Shown one piece after another: positions 35,455 through 50,228 of a DNA stretch of 64,000 bases (positions are counted from its first letter, which is position 1; every line of letters starts with the position of its first letter). The stretch is taken from NCBI GenBank assembly GCA_009914755.4, contig CP068257.2, forward strand, positions 44,704,001 to 44,768,000. Reading direction: 5' to 3'. Made by a program: the position numbers and the translations under genes. The DNA is from the human T2T-CHM13v2.0 reference genome, Homo sapiens. The notes below the pieces were generated by a model that had not been told where the DNA came from, ran no database searches, and saw nothing but the letters and a program-made list of their open reading frames with translations.

Positions 35455-36837
35455 GTAATTGGCCGCGCGCTGAGAAGTGGGGGAGTCCTGTGCTCTTGAC
35501 CTTCCAGCCCTGCGTCTTCCACATTATAGAGCCTGTGTTTCCGTCCTTCCCACCTTGTCCAGGGGAGGAAGGCTGCTTGCGGATGCTGCCCCGACCTCAC
35601 TGCTGCTCCGCGGTGGGCCTCACCATGCACTGTTTGATCAGGAAAGGGGGTGGCCGGGGGAGCCGGAGCCCCTCCCTCAGCCCTGGGATGCCCTGGCTGT
35701 GGGCAAGGCCTCCACCCTGCAGTGGGCTGCATTCGTCAGACTTGACAGTGGCAGTTCAAAGGGTGTGAAATTGTGTCTTTGCTTTGAGTCCACACGGAGC
35801 GTCTGCTGGCTTTTGTGTTTCTTCCTTGAGTTGCTTCCGTGCTGCGACTTCTGTCACCTTTAACTTCTGTGGGGCAAACTGTCCAAACGGAGCTTCTGGG
35901 ATGTAGACTGTTCTGGGTCTGTGCTGCCAGTGTGGTGCCCAGCAGTATGTGTGGCTGTGGAGCACTTGATGTGCAGCATGAGCAAGCCCGGTGTCGGGCT
36001 CCGGGGGACACACGGGAGGGCAGGGAGGAGACGCAGGGGCAGCACCGCGTGGCTTGTTGCACGGTGGAACCAGTGGAGGGGAACTCGGGGCATCTGGGCT
36101 CAGCGGCCAGGAGCCCTCACTCTGGAGCAGGGTCCCTGGGCCTGCTGGAGGCCACAGGGTGTCCAGGCAGGGTGGCAGCGGGCTGTGTGCCAGTTTGAGT
36201 TCCCTGCAAAGCGGACCCCAACACAGAATTTGCTGCACAAGAGGCTATGGGGGAAATGCCAGAGAAGGGCAAGGGCCCGGCTGGAACAGGCAGCCAGGAC
36301 CTTCCCACGAGCAGGCCTTGCACCAGAGAGAACCCAGGAAGGGCTGGGGTGGGTAGCCCCACCAGGCATTCGTGTATCACCTGAGAGCCAACCCCTGCCT
36401 CTGCGCGTGGGTGTGACGAGGACCCAGCTGTTAGTGGGCAGTGGTCACAGGAGGCTGGCCTTGAGAGCCCAGCCCTGAGATGTGAGGCCACCAGGGGAGA
36501 CGCGAGGGGCACGTGCCCTACCGACCTTGCTGCTGAGAGAATTGAGGAGAGGTCTGCCCGGTCCAGGGCCCTGCCGCCCTGAGGAGCACCAGTCCCTGTC
36601 AGTGCCACCAATTCTTGTATGTCTTCCGGAGGCCTGACTGAGAGACGGGTGTGGGCGGGAGAGCATGTGAGCACGCCAGTGGGCTGGCGGGGTTCACCAG
36701 GGCGCAGCGTGTGGTCTCATGAACCTAGTGAGGTTTGAGTTTTCTTTGTGCATAGCAGGAAACACCTTTGAGGGTTATAGCTGCGAGCGAGGTAGCTTGG
36801 CTCACTAACGTGCTTGTCCCACGTGGTTTCTCTGTAG

Positions 36838-37012
36838 GAGAGCCTGCCACGCTTCCAGGCGGAGTTAGAAGAAAGCCACAGGCACCAGCTGGAAGCGCTG
36901 GAGTCTCCCCTCTGCATCCAGCACGAGGGGCATGTCTCAGACAGATGCTGCGTAGAGACTTCAGCATTGGGACACGAGTGGCGTCTGGAACCCTCTGAAG
37001 GGCACAGCCAAG
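36838..37012 (+). CDS. PCNT: Pericentrin exon 12 (ESLPRFQAELEESHRHQLEALESPLCIQHEGHVSDRCCVETSALGHEWRLEPSEGHSQ)
   Basis: Acceptor ggtttctctgtAG at 36836-37; donor g|GTGGGC at 37013; 175 nt. Confidence 0.9.
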
Positions 37013-38359
37013 GTGGGCCCCTCCCGCCTCGCCATGGTGTCGGCAGGTCCCGGGTCTGGGGGACGTTCTCGGGGAGCCTGGGTGCCTGGGTTCGATCCAA
37101 GTCCTCCGTGAAGCAGCTGAGTGCTCCGACCTCTTCTTCTGGGGCTGACACCTCAACAGAGTGTGTCCTGATGAGGGTTTGGCGTTAGAGGCGGGGTCAC
37201 TGGCTGGGCAGGAGTGCGTGTCCTGGGCCAGCGCCCCAGCAGGGCAGGTCTGACCTGGGCAGCCACCCTGGGGGTCATGGGGATTGCTGGATGGACATGG
37301 TGACCATTCACCTCTGGAGGGAGAATGTGTGTCCACTGGGCCCAGGGGAGGCTTTTCCAGGATCCTGCTCTGCTCCCAGCAGGCCCAGGTACCCCAGCTC
37401 GCCTAGTCAGACTAAGGTTGTGGGATGTCCAGGCAGGGCACGGGGCACAGGGCTGTGGGGTCAGAAGGTGACGGAGAGGAAACTGCAGTCATCCCAGAGT
37501 CGCGGTCCCATGGCGCCGGACAGTGGCCACTGACGGGTTCCAGGAGGGGCAGGCGGCCCTGGCCACTGGCGTGGACTGTGCTGATGGTGGGGCTGCCGTC
37601 CATGGTGGGGGTGAGGGGCTGAGGCCGCGGGTCCTGCTGGGAGGTGTGTGGTCTGACTCCATTCTGGGCTGTGGCCAAGTTGAGAGAAGCCTGGGCCTGC
37701 CTGGGCCTCCTTCAAGCTGGGGGTGGTGCAGCGGCGCCTGCATCTGGTCCTCACTCCTGCCTGCCCTGCACCACAATTGTCCCCACAGCCACCCCTTGAT
37801 GCCCATGGTCGTTGGCACCACTGGTGCCTGGCCAGCACCTAGTCCCTTCTGCTTTTTTCCTCTTCTGCAGAAGAAGAGATGGGCCAGTGGGGGTAGCGTG
37901 CCTGGGCACAGAACAGCAGGGGGAGGTGCTGGGACAGGAACCCTGGCAGGCCCCTGAGCTCAGGCCCTGTCCTTGTGGCTGCCTCATAGACCCTGGGTGA
38001 CACATGTGTGCCCACATCTGGTCACAGGCATGAGGCTCACTCAGGAACTCATGGAGGGTCACATGTCACACCTGACCTGAAGGAGTAGCCTGGGCGGGTC
38101 GTGTGGCTGTCGTGTGGGCCCAGGACATCCCTGTGACTCGGGACGGCACTGTGCTGGGGCAGCATGGAGGTGTCCCAAAAGGGAGGGGAGACTTGAGAGA
38201 GCCATGCCTGCTTTCATCACTGAGTCAGCACAGAGCTTGAAAATCCACAGTGTCTGCTGTCAGAAGCATTTATAGGTTGCCGTTCTGCCTGTGCGGACTG
38301 TGGGCTCCATCGAGGGCCGGCACCGGCCTGACTGTCTTCCCTGCTCCTTTTCCACACAG

Positions 38360-38577
38360 AGCTTCCCTGGGTGCATCTCCAGGGTGTGCAGGACGGGGAC
38401 TTGGAGGCCGACACAGAGCGGGCAGCCAGAGTCTTGGGTCTGGAAACTGAGCACAAGGTGCAACTTTCGCTTCTTCAGACTGAGCTCAAAGAAGAAATTG
38501 AACTCCTAAAAATAGAAAATAGAAATTTGTATGAGAAGTTGCAGCATGAAACTCGTCTGAAGGACGATTTGGAGAAG
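38360..38577 (+). CDS. PCNT: Pericentrin exon 13 ((E)LPWVHLQGVQDGDLEADTERAARVLGLETEHKVQLSLLQTELKEEIELLKIENRNLYEKLQHETRLKDDLEK)
   Basis: Acceptor cttttccacacAG at 38358-59; donor aag|GTGAGT at 38578; 218 nt. Confidence 0.9.
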
Positions 38578-38827
38578 GTGAGTCGTGACTCCACAGCCCA
38601 GCGCCTCCCGCCCGAGTCCTTGCTCTCTTCCACCTGGAAGGCTTGTGTCCTTGTGTATGGAGGGGCATCCTGGGGACAGCCCAGTGCTGTACGTGGCACA
38701 TTTGTAAGGGCGACAGTCCCGTAAATTCTTGAAACTATTCCTGGCAATGCCAGTAGTGGGTGGCGGTTGGATAGAATCTTGTCAGGGTCAGCACCGGGGC
38801 GAAAGTGAAGTTCTGAGTGAAGATTTC

Positions 38828-39118
38828 TTTTTGTTTTGTTTTGTTTTGAGACAGTCTCATTCTGTTGCCCAGGCTGGAGTGCAGTGGCATGGTCTCAGCT
38901 CACTGCAACCTCTGCTTCCTGATTTCAAGTGGTCCCCTGATAGCTGGGATTACAAACGTATGCCACCATGCCTGGCTAATTTTTGTATTTTTTTTGTAGA
39001 GACAGGGTTTCACCTTGTTGGCCAGGCAGGTGTCAAACGCCTGACCTCAAGTGATCTGCCTGCCTTGGCCTCCTACAGTGCTGGGATTACAGGTGTGAGC
39101 CACCACGCCCGGCCCTCT
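38828..39118 (-). mobile_element. Alu SINE ~250 bp downstream of exon 13
   Basis: ttttgttttgttttgagacagtctcattctgttgcccaggctggagtgcagtggcatggtctcagctcactgcaacc...caggtgtgagccaccacgcccggcc. Confidence 0.9.
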
Positions 39119-39401
39119 GAGTCAAGATTTCTTAGGGAAACTGTCCAGGTGTCCTAAGAGGGCTCTGGGAGGAGGCACAAGCCCGGGTGCCAAGCACGTG
39201 GCTGGCCTCTGATGCTCACCCCAAGTCTTAAATTGCGTCCGCGTTCCCCAGGCTCTTCCTGTGCTGTTTTGCACCTGTGGAAGAGGCACCCTCTGACTCC
39301 CTCGCCCTTTGCGAGTGTGAGGACACTGCCATGCTGTCATAAATGATGACAAAGCAACACGACAGCAGCCTCCACATGGCCCGATGGGCTTGGTTACAGC
39401 C

Positions 39402-39612
39402 AGGGCAGCTCAGGGTCCATCCCATGCTGGAGCAGTGGATTTCAAGTGAGCCGACAGGGCAGCTCAGGGTCCGTCCCATGCCGGAGCAGTGGAGTTAAAG
39501 TGAACCAACAGGGCAGCTCAGGCTCCGTCCCATGCGGGAGCAGTGGAGTTCAAGTGAACCGACGGGGCAGCTCAGGGTCCATCCCGTGCCAGAGCAGTGG
39601 AGTTAAAGTGAC
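39402..39612. repeat. 54-bp tandem repeat x ~3.9 in intron 13
   Basis: Unit agggcagctcagggtccatcccatgctggagcagtggatttcaagtgagccgac repeated at 39402, 39456, 39510, 39564. Confidence 0.85.
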
Positions 39613-39963
39613 TGAAATTGTCATGTCTTGTCATGTGTGTTCTGACTCAACCTCATGCTTGTGACAGTGTTTTCATTTCTATTTGTGTCCTGCTTCTCCC
39701 ACCCCTTTGCTCCTCCCTGTGAATGTCTCCCTGAGAATGATTTTCATTCTCCATCAAGAGACAGCTTCATAGGAAGCTATGATGACCTGCAAGTCTGATC
39801 CCATGCTGTTTGTTAAATGCAGGTGTTGGTAAGGACTTCCAGCAAAATAGAGGTAAGGGTGGAGCCCTGTGGGGAGCCGGACAGGCGGTAGGTGGGCCGA
39901 TGGTCATGTGCCAATGGCACCTGCAGCCACCAGTGTGTGGCCTTCTCTGGCACTGTTGGCTGA

Positions 39964-41680
<1,717 letters not shown>

Positions 41681-41961
41681 ATTTTTAATCCATTCTGATA
41701 ATCTCTGCCTTTCAGTTGCAGTGCTGAGTCTATAAATGTTTAAGGTAATTACTGGTGTGGTTGATTTAGGTCTTCCGTTTCACTGTTCATTTTCTGTGAG
41801 ATGCGTCTGGTGGTCATGGTTCTGCTTTTTCTTTTTTCTTGTGTTTTTGGATTATTTGAATATTTTCTAGAACTGATTTTAATGTATCTGTTGACTATTA
41901 AGTTATTCCTCTTTGCATTATGTTTTTAATAGTTGCTCCAGGGATTAAAATACACATTCTT

Positions 41962-42262
41962 GGCCCGGCACGGTGGCTCAGGCCAGTAATCCCAGCACTT
42001 TGGGAGGCGGGTGGATCACCCAAGGTCAGGAGTTTGAGACCAGCCTGGCCAACATGGGGAAACCCTGTCTTTACTAAAAAATAAAATAAAAAAATTAGGC
42101 GAGTATGGTGGTGCATGCCTATAATCCCAGCTACTCGGGGGCCTGAGGCAGGAGAATCGCTTGAAACCAGGAAGCAGAGGTTGCAGTGAGCCACAATCAC
42201 GCCACTGCATTCCAGCCTGAGCGGCAGAGCGAGACTCCGTCTCAAAGAAAAGAGAAAAAAAA
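41962..42262 (+). mobile_element. Alu SINE
   Basis: ggcccggcacggtggctcaggccagtaatcccagcactttgggaggcgggtggatcacccaaggtcaggagtttgagaccagcc... Confidence 0.9.
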
Positions 42263-43515
42263 GAATACACATTCTTAACCTTGTCTTTTATCAGTACAGT
42301 CTACTAAGAGTCACCATGATGCTGCGTTGTGTAAACTGTGACCTCTAACTGCACAGGTGCTTTTGTCACCTCCCCTTCGTCTTCTGTGCTGCAGTTTTCA
42401 TAGACTAGACATCACATCCGCCTCCTGCAGTGTCAGGAGATTTGCTTTGGAAAACATGTGTTTGAAAGAAATTAAGAGGAAAAATGGCCTTATACTTGCC
42501 ATTTCTGGTGCTCTTCATTTCTTCTTGAAGATCTGAGTGTTTGGCGTCATTCCCTTCAGCGTGAAGGATCTCCTTCAGCATCTCTTGCTGTGCTGCACAC
42601 ATTTTCTCCGTTTTTTGAAGTCTTTATTTTACCTTGATTCTTGAGGAGTATTTTTGTGGCATTAAAAAGTCTAAGGTGACAGGTTTCTTGTTCAGGATTT
42701 AAAGATGTTTAAAATCCTTCTCTGCAGATTTTATGATCTGTTTTGTCTTGGTGTTGGTTTCCATTGATTGTGTTTTCTCTTCAGCAGGGGTCACGTTTTC
42801 CTGCTTATTTATGGGTCAGCTGGGTTCAGGTTGCATCCTGGACACTGTGAGTGATAGATTTGGAGACTTTGGGTTCTGTCCTGCTCCTCTGGAGAGTGTT
42901 GGTTTTCTGTTGCAGCAGGCAGTTCACTCGGGTGACTTCAGACTGCATGCTCCCCTGCGTCTGTGCTGGGCTGCGGCATGGTGTTAATTCAGTTCTTGTA
43001 GCTTTAGCCGGCTTGCTTGCTTTTGGAGTCTGCCCCTCGTATGTACAGATCGGGGTCAGCCTGAGACGTGGGCGGGTTCCTTCCCAGGCGTTGCAGCTCT
43101 CTTTCCTCCCTCACTCTCCAGTTCCTCTGGCTCAGTGAGGGATTTGGGATTTCTGTGTGTGGGGCATGGACAGATACTACTCTTAGTGAAAAGCTGGAAA
43201 AAGAGAATGGCTCAGTGCTGTTTCTTCCTTCTGAATGTCCAGCCCTCTGCAGGGTCTGTCTGCTTGTGGATCTCTCCACAGCCTTCAGGTTTTTTTGTAC
43301 GTTCTGTTCAGTTCATAGTGGTTGTCTCTGGAGGGCTGGTCTGGCGAGGTGCACAGGCATCACCAGAAGTAGCACCCTAAACTTTAATAACTTAATTTTT
43401 AAATAAGGAGTTGAGGTCAATCTTACGTGCCTTTTTTTGGGTTTTTTGTTTGTTTCTTTTTGATGAGTTCAGTAGTTTATTGACCTACTTTTTTCTCTTT
43501 GAAAGTCAGGAAGTC

Positions 43516-43735
43516 AGGCATGGTGGCTCACACCTGTAACAATCCCAGCACTTTGGGAGGCTGAGGCTGGCGGATTGCTTGAGCTCAGGAGTTCAAGATC
43601 AGCCTGGGCAACATGCAGAACCCTGTCTCTATAAAGGATTGCTTGAGCCCAGGAGTTCGAGGCTGCAGTGAGCTGTGATTGTGCCCCTGCACTCCAGCCT
43701 GGGCGACAGACCCTGTCTCAAAAAAAAAAAAAAGA
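43516..43735 (+). mobile_element. Alu SINE (internally rearranged)
   Basis: gtcaggcatggtggctcacacctgtaacaatcccagcactttgggaggctgaggctggcggattgcttgagc...ctgtctcaaaaaaaaaaaaa. Confidence 0.85.
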
Positions 43736-44332
43736 TTAGGATATTTGCCCTCTGCATTCTCCTTCATCCCCCTCTGCACAGGATCCCTTTACAGTGTGCC
43801 TTGCAGTTCATCCACCCCTTGCTCAAGGTCTTTCATTGTCCTGGCGTTGACCTTGTACAGATCGGGAGCATCGCACCATTGGCTGCTCTTGCCTCCTGGG
43901 CATCCGATCATGCTTGCTGCAGTGGCCCAGCGCTATCTGTGGGGCTGGCGTTCCCCTAACAGAGGCCTGTGGCCGATCTGAGTCCTGCCACTGGTCTTGG
44001 TCTGAACAAAGAAGCCTCCGGCTGCTGCCTTTGCTCGGCTGATGTGTGCTGCCTTCGGTTGTTGGTTGCTGTCAAGGCCACGGGCTCCAGAGATAAAGAA
44101 CAGTCGGTTCTCGGTGCCAGGACGTAGGAGGCATTTTATTTAGTTTTAGACTTGTCCACTTTAGGTTTCTTCCATTGTCATCAACATGAGAATCATTCCT
44201 GTTGCTGTGTGCAGCGTAATGGGTGTGTGTGTGGTGAAAATTCCCTGTCTTCAGAGGTGGGTTTGGGTTGTCTCTTCTAATAATCTCTTCCATTAGCGTC
44301 TTTCCTCCTAAATGAAATTATGTTGTCTGTAG

Positions 44333-44787
44333 GTAAAACACAATCTAATTGAAGACCACCAGAAGGAACTAAATAATGCTAAGCAAAAGACTGAGCTGAT
44401 GAAACAGGAATTCCAAAGAAAAGAAACGGACTGGAAAGTTATGAAGGAGGAGCTACAGCGGGAAGCTGAGGAGAAGTTAACATTGATGCTACTTGAACTG
44501 AGAGAAAAGGCTGAATCCGAGAAACAGACCATCATAAACAAGTTTGAGCTTCGAGAAGCTGAAATGAGGCAGCTTCAGGACCAACAGGCAGCCCAGATCC
44601 TGGATCTGGAGAGGTCCTTGACGGAGCAGCAGGGCCGCCTGCAGCAGCTGGAACAGGACCTCACTTCAGACGACGCCCTGCATTGCAGCCAGTGTGGGCG
44701 GGAGCCGCCCACAGCCCAGGACGGGGAGCTTGCCGCGCTCCACGTGAAGGAAGACTGCGCCCTGCAGCTGATGCTGGCCCGGAGCAG
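44333..44787 (+). CDS. PCNT: Pericentrin exon 14 (VKHNLIEDHQKELNNAKQKTELMKQEFQRKETDWKVMKEELQREAEEKLTLMLLELREKAESEKQTIINKFELREAEMRQLQDQQAAQILDLERSLTEQQGRLQQLEQDLTSDDALHCSQCGREPPTAQDGELAALHVKEDCALQLMLARS)
   Basis: Acceptor ttatgttgtctgtAG at 44331-32; donor ag|GTGGGT at 44788; 455 nt. Confidence 0.9.
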
Positions 44788-44948
44788 GTGGGTTTGCAGT
44801 GACGCCATCTGCAGTCCCTGTGAGGCCAGACACCTTGGAGGGTAGAAGGTGGGCAGGCTCCTGGGAGGAGGCGCTGTGGGCTCCACTGGGCGAAAAGGTC
44901 TGGAGGGAGCTGGAACAAGGTGTGGCGCTCTAGGTTTTCAGCCTAATT

Positions 44949-45270
44949 GCAGTGGGACAGCTTTGTGCTCGGACGGGCAGGCTGGCAGTTGCCATCCCGA
45001 AGCCCCCTGGCCGCAGTGGGACAGCTTTGTGCTCGGACAGGCAGGCTAGCAGTCGCCGTCCCGGAGCCCCCTGGCCGCAGTGGGACAGCTTTGTGCTCGG
45101 ACGGGCAGGCTGGCAGTTGCTGTCCCGAAGCCCCCAGGCTGCAATGGGGACAGCTTTGTGCTTGGATGGGCAGGCTGGCAGCCGCCACCCCGAAGCCCCC
45201 CGGCCACAGTGGGACAGCTTTGTGTTTGGACGGGCAGGCTGGCAGCTGCCGCCCCAAAGCCCCCCAAGTC
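44949..45270. repeat. ~64-bp tandem repeat x 5 in intron 14
   Basis: Unit cagtgggacagctttgtgctcggacgggcaggctggcagttgccatcccgaagccccctggccg. Confidence 0.85.
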
Positions 45271-45945
45271 TGCACTCCCTGGGTGGGTGTCGGGCGGGGA
45301 TCAGTCATTGTCTCTGTTGTTCTTCGTGTGTTTTAAGATTTGAACAGCAGAAGCTAAACCTCTTTTATAGGTGTCATAAGGACATGGAGTTTATCCACTA
45401 AGCGTTTTTGTGTTTTTTTTAACTTAAACAGGTGATTTTTAAAAATAAGCATGTTTTTCTGAAACATACACACTCTTCTTTGAAGTTTTCAAGAGGTTTA
45501 GAAAGTGATTGGGTTCTTTGCCTGTTGGTGCTGACCCTTTTTGCGAGCCTCAGTCCCAGGGCTGTGCCGTTCTTTCTCATCTGTCTGCCCCACCCAGCCC
45601 TTCCCCAGCAACCAGGGCCGCACAGGGCCCCGCTCAGGGATTGGAGAAACTCACGTTCAGGTCGCTGGGGCTGCATGAACACGAGCAGGACGCTCTTCTC
45701 ACCAGGCTACGACATGCAGTTCGTGGTAGAGCTGAACCAAGGAGGCCCTCAAGAGAGGCTTCCAGGCGCAGAGGTGCCCGTGCCTCTTGCCATCCGTCCT
45801 GTGTCGCCAGTGCCCATTGGAGGCCTTGGCATTTTGCAGGACCCTCCAGCTCCAGGCTCTTTGGCCTCCTGATGGGAGCAGGTCCTTCTGTGAGGACTCT
45901 CCCTGCCTCTGTCTTTGGCCCTGAGTGCCGCCTGCACCTCCTTAA

Positions 45946-46987
45946 TTCACTGCCACGGGGTTCTATTCACTTCCATGGGGTTCTATTCATTCACTGCCAT
46001 GGGGGTTCTATTCATTCACTGCCATGGGGTTCTCCTCACTGCCGTGGGGTTCTATTCACTGCTGTGGGGTTCTGTTCACTGCCGTGGGGTTCTATTCATT
46101 CACTCCCATGGAGTTCTGTTCACTCCCATAGGGTTCTATTCACTGCCATGGGGTTCTATTCACTGCCATGGGGTTCTATTCACTGCCGTGGGGTTCTATT
46201 CACTGCCGTGGGGTTCTGATCACTGCCGTGGGGTTCTATTCACTGCCGTGGGGTTCTGATCACTGCCGTGGGGTTCTATTCACTGCCGTGGGGTTCTATT
46301 CACTGCCGTGGGGTTCTGTTCACTGCCGTGGGGTTCTGATCACTGCCGTGGGGTTCTGATCACTGCCATGGGGTTCTATTCACTGCCGTGGGGTTCTGAT
46401 CACTGCCGTGGGGTTCTGTTCACTCCCATGGGGTTCTGATCACTGCCATGGCCTTCTATTCACTGCCGTGGGGTTCTGATCACTGCCATGGGGTTCTATT
46501 CACTGCCATGGGGGTTCTATTCATTCACTGCCATGGGGTTCTCCTCACTGCCGTGGGGTTCTGTTCACTGCTGTGGGGTTCTATTCACTGCCGTGGGGTT
46601 CTATTCATTCACTCCCATGGAGTTCTGTTCACTCCCATAGGGTTCTATTCACTGCCATGGGGTTCTATTCACTGCCGTGGGGTTCCGTTCACTGCCACAG
46701 GGTTCTGTTCACTGCCGTGGGGTTCTATTCACTCACTGTCGTGGGGTTCTGTTCACTGCCATGGGGTTCTATTCATTCACTGCTGTGGGGTTCTATTCAC
46801 TGCCGTGGGGTTCTGTTCACTGCCATGGGGTTCTAGTCACTGCCGTGGGGTTCTGTTCACTGCCGTGGGGTTCTATTCATTCACTGCCTTGGGGTTCTAT
46901 TCACTCACTGCCTTGGGGTTCTATTCACTGCCATGAGGTTCTATTCATTCACTGCCATGGGGTTCAATTCACTGCCATGGGGTTCTC
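45946..46987. repeat. 21-bp minisatellite, ~50 copies (~1.04 kb), in intron 14
   Basis: Unit ttcactgcc(a/g)tggggttct(a/g)t repeated without interruption; one GGGG run per unit on the + strand. Confidence 0.95.
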
Positions 46988-47434
46988 AGGCCTCGCCCTC
47001 CCCATGGGCCCCCATGGGCAGTGTCCCTTCCCTGTTGAGGAGCAGAGATTACCTTGGGATTCTTGGTTGGATGCTGGCTCGGACGCTGTGGTGTGAGTAG
47101 GAGGTTGGTTGTGCCTGCCGTGCGTGGCTCTGGCGGGGATGTGTGTGTGCCATCTCTTGCTGAGGGCGCTGGTTCCTACCTGTGGTCTGTGACCTGGCGA
47201 CTCCCATGGCTTTGGCCTTTGGCCTCTGGGCTTCTCTGGCTTCATGGGGCCTCTTCACTCTCCCACTTACTATTTCTGGTGGTCGAGGGAAAAGTAGTAA
47301 GAGCAGTTAAAATCCCGAAACGATGACCTGAACAGTTGAAGTGGCATTTCCTGTGGGAAACTGACTTGGCTTTTGCAAGGGTCAATGCTTCCTGATGCAT
47401 GTTTAACTGTCCTGTGTTCACTTTGTTGCTGCAG

Positions 47435-47990
47435 GTTTTTAGAGGAACGTAAAGAGATCACCGAGAAATTCAGTGCGGAACAAGATGCCTTCCTGCAGGA
47501 GGCCCAGGAGCAGCATGCCCGTGAGCTGCAGCTCCTCCAGGAGAGACACCAGCAGCAGCTCCTGTCAGTGACGGCGGAGCTCGAGGCCAGACACCAGGCC
47601 GCGTTGGGCGAGCTGACAGCCTCCTTAGAGAGCAAGCAGGGGGCTCTGCTGGCTGCACGTGTGGCCGAACTGCAGACAAAACACGCTGCCGACCTCGGCG
47701 CTCTGGAGACCAGACATCTGTCCAGCCTTGATTCTTTGGAATCCTGTTACCTGTCTGAATTTCAGACCATCCGTGAGGAGCACAGGCAGGCCCTAGAGCT
47801 CTTACGAGCAGACTTTGAGGAACAACTGTGGAAAAAGGACTCTCTTCACCAAACGATTTTGACTCAAGAGTTGGAGAAACTGAAGCGGAAACACGAAGGG
47901 GAGCTACAGTCTGTGCGGGACCACCTGCGAACCGAAGCGAGCACAGAGCTCGCCGGAACCGTGGCTCACGAGCTGCAGGGAGTGCACCAG
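47435..47990 (+). CDS. PCNT: Pericentrin exon 15 ((R)FLEERKEITEKFSAEQDAFLQEAQEQHARELQLLQERHQQQLLSVTAELEARHQAALGELTASLESKQGALLAARVAELQTKHAADLGALETRHLSSLDSLESCYLSEFQTIREEHRQALELLRADFEEQLWKKDSLHQTILTQELEKLKRKHEGELQSVRDHLRTEASTELAGTVAHELQGVHQ)
   Basis: Acceptor cactttgttgctgcAG at 47433-34; donor cag|GTAAGG at 47991; 556 nt, ends phase 0. Confidence 0.9.
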
Positions 47991-47994
47991 GTAA

Positions 47995-48462
<468 letters not shown>

Positions 48463-48744
48463 TGGGCTTTAAAACACTGAGTTGAAGGGTTATTTTGATC
48501 GCAGGCACCTTGTTAAAGGCTTTGCTCTCGTACGTATGTGGGAGGGCCTAGACCTTGGTGGGGGATTTTGTGGGCTTTGGAGTATTCCTCAAGGCTGACC
48601 AGCACCTCTGCAGAAGACTTGGTTTCCAGGCTGCTGTGGGAAGATCTGATGGTCATGTTGTGTATTCAGAGCCTTGGTCCCCTCCTTTATTGATGTTTCC
48701 TGAAATAAAACCCTTTTGCTACATTTCAAGAGCAGTGATGGGCC

Positions 48745-49320
<576 letters not shown>

Positions 49321-50099
49321 TCATTTGACAGGCACTTCCAAGTTTTTATCATGAAGAAGAATTTCTGGCGAAGTCCCTCTTGCCCTGGGCTGGCGCCTGA
49401 CTGCAGAAGCTGCAGTGCCTGTGACTCAGGAAAGGACACGTGTTGTCGTATCACACACACCTTGTGCTTTCTCTGCCCTCAGTGAGGTCTCTGAGGTTTT
49501 CTCACCTTGAAATAGATGAGTCTGCTCTGTTGAGCATGTGGAGCCACTGGGGCTGGCCTATCTCCCTGCAGGAAGGGGATGCATAGGCCTGGCTGCACGG
49601 TGGATGGGGCATGGGCTAGAGCTGATGAGGCAGTTAGAAATGGTTGTTCTGGCAGATCAATACCTTGTCAGACGTTTAAGAAGTACACGTTCCAAACTAT
49701 AAACGAGGGAATTGCCAGCTTGGATAAGGTGGATACGTTGATTTCCTGATACCAGCATGCCACGGGAGGGCTTCCTCCTTCCTGACTGTGGGGAACAGTT
49801 GTGAGGCTCCAAAGCGTTGGCTTATTGTTTGCTTTCCTTCAGCTCTGTGTAAGAACAGGAGAAAAGTGGAACCTTCTTTAATCGCTGTGAGGGTTTCATG
49901 TTATGTTTCAGGCTGTCTGTTTTGTGTGGTCTGAGCATGTGATCTTGGGGGAATTCCTAGAAAGCAGAATATGTTCAGGCTCCCTCTGCTCTCCTGAGTA
50001 AGGTGCAGTCAGTTGCCTGTCTCAGGCCTCTGTGTCCTGTCCTTGTCTTCACCACATGTCAGGGAGTCCTGGGGATGTGTTTTGTTTGTTTCTTTTTTG

Positions 50100-50228
50100 T
50101 TTTTTAAAAGACAGGGTCTCCCTGTGTTGCCCAGGCTAGTCTCGAACTCTTGGGCTCAAGAGATCCTCTTGCCTTGGCCTCCCAGGTAGTTGGAATTACA
50201 GGCATGAGCCACTGCTCCCAGCTTGGGA
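50100..50228 (-). mobile_element. Alu fragment
   Basis: ttttttaaaagacagggtctccctgtgttgcccaggctagtctcgaactcttgggctcaagagatcctcttgccttggcctcccaggtagttggaattacaggcatgagccactgctcccagc. Confidence 0.8.

Noticed and set aside
42290-43500. Non-Alu intronic stretch with L1-like composition
   Set aside because: I could not match it confidently to any repeat consensus from memory, so I left it uncalled.
45509-46936. ORFs of 236, 114 and 162 aa (HCHGVLFTAVGFYSLPWGS...) through the 21-bp minisatellite
   Set aside because: These are periodic translations of a tandem repeat inside an intron. There is no start or splice context.
45946-46987. Highly regular short repeats that could superficially look like a CRISPR array (also 62738-64000)
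   Set aside because: The units are directly contiguous, with no unique spacers. The context is a primate intron full of Alus. These are eukaryotic minisatellites, not CRISPR.
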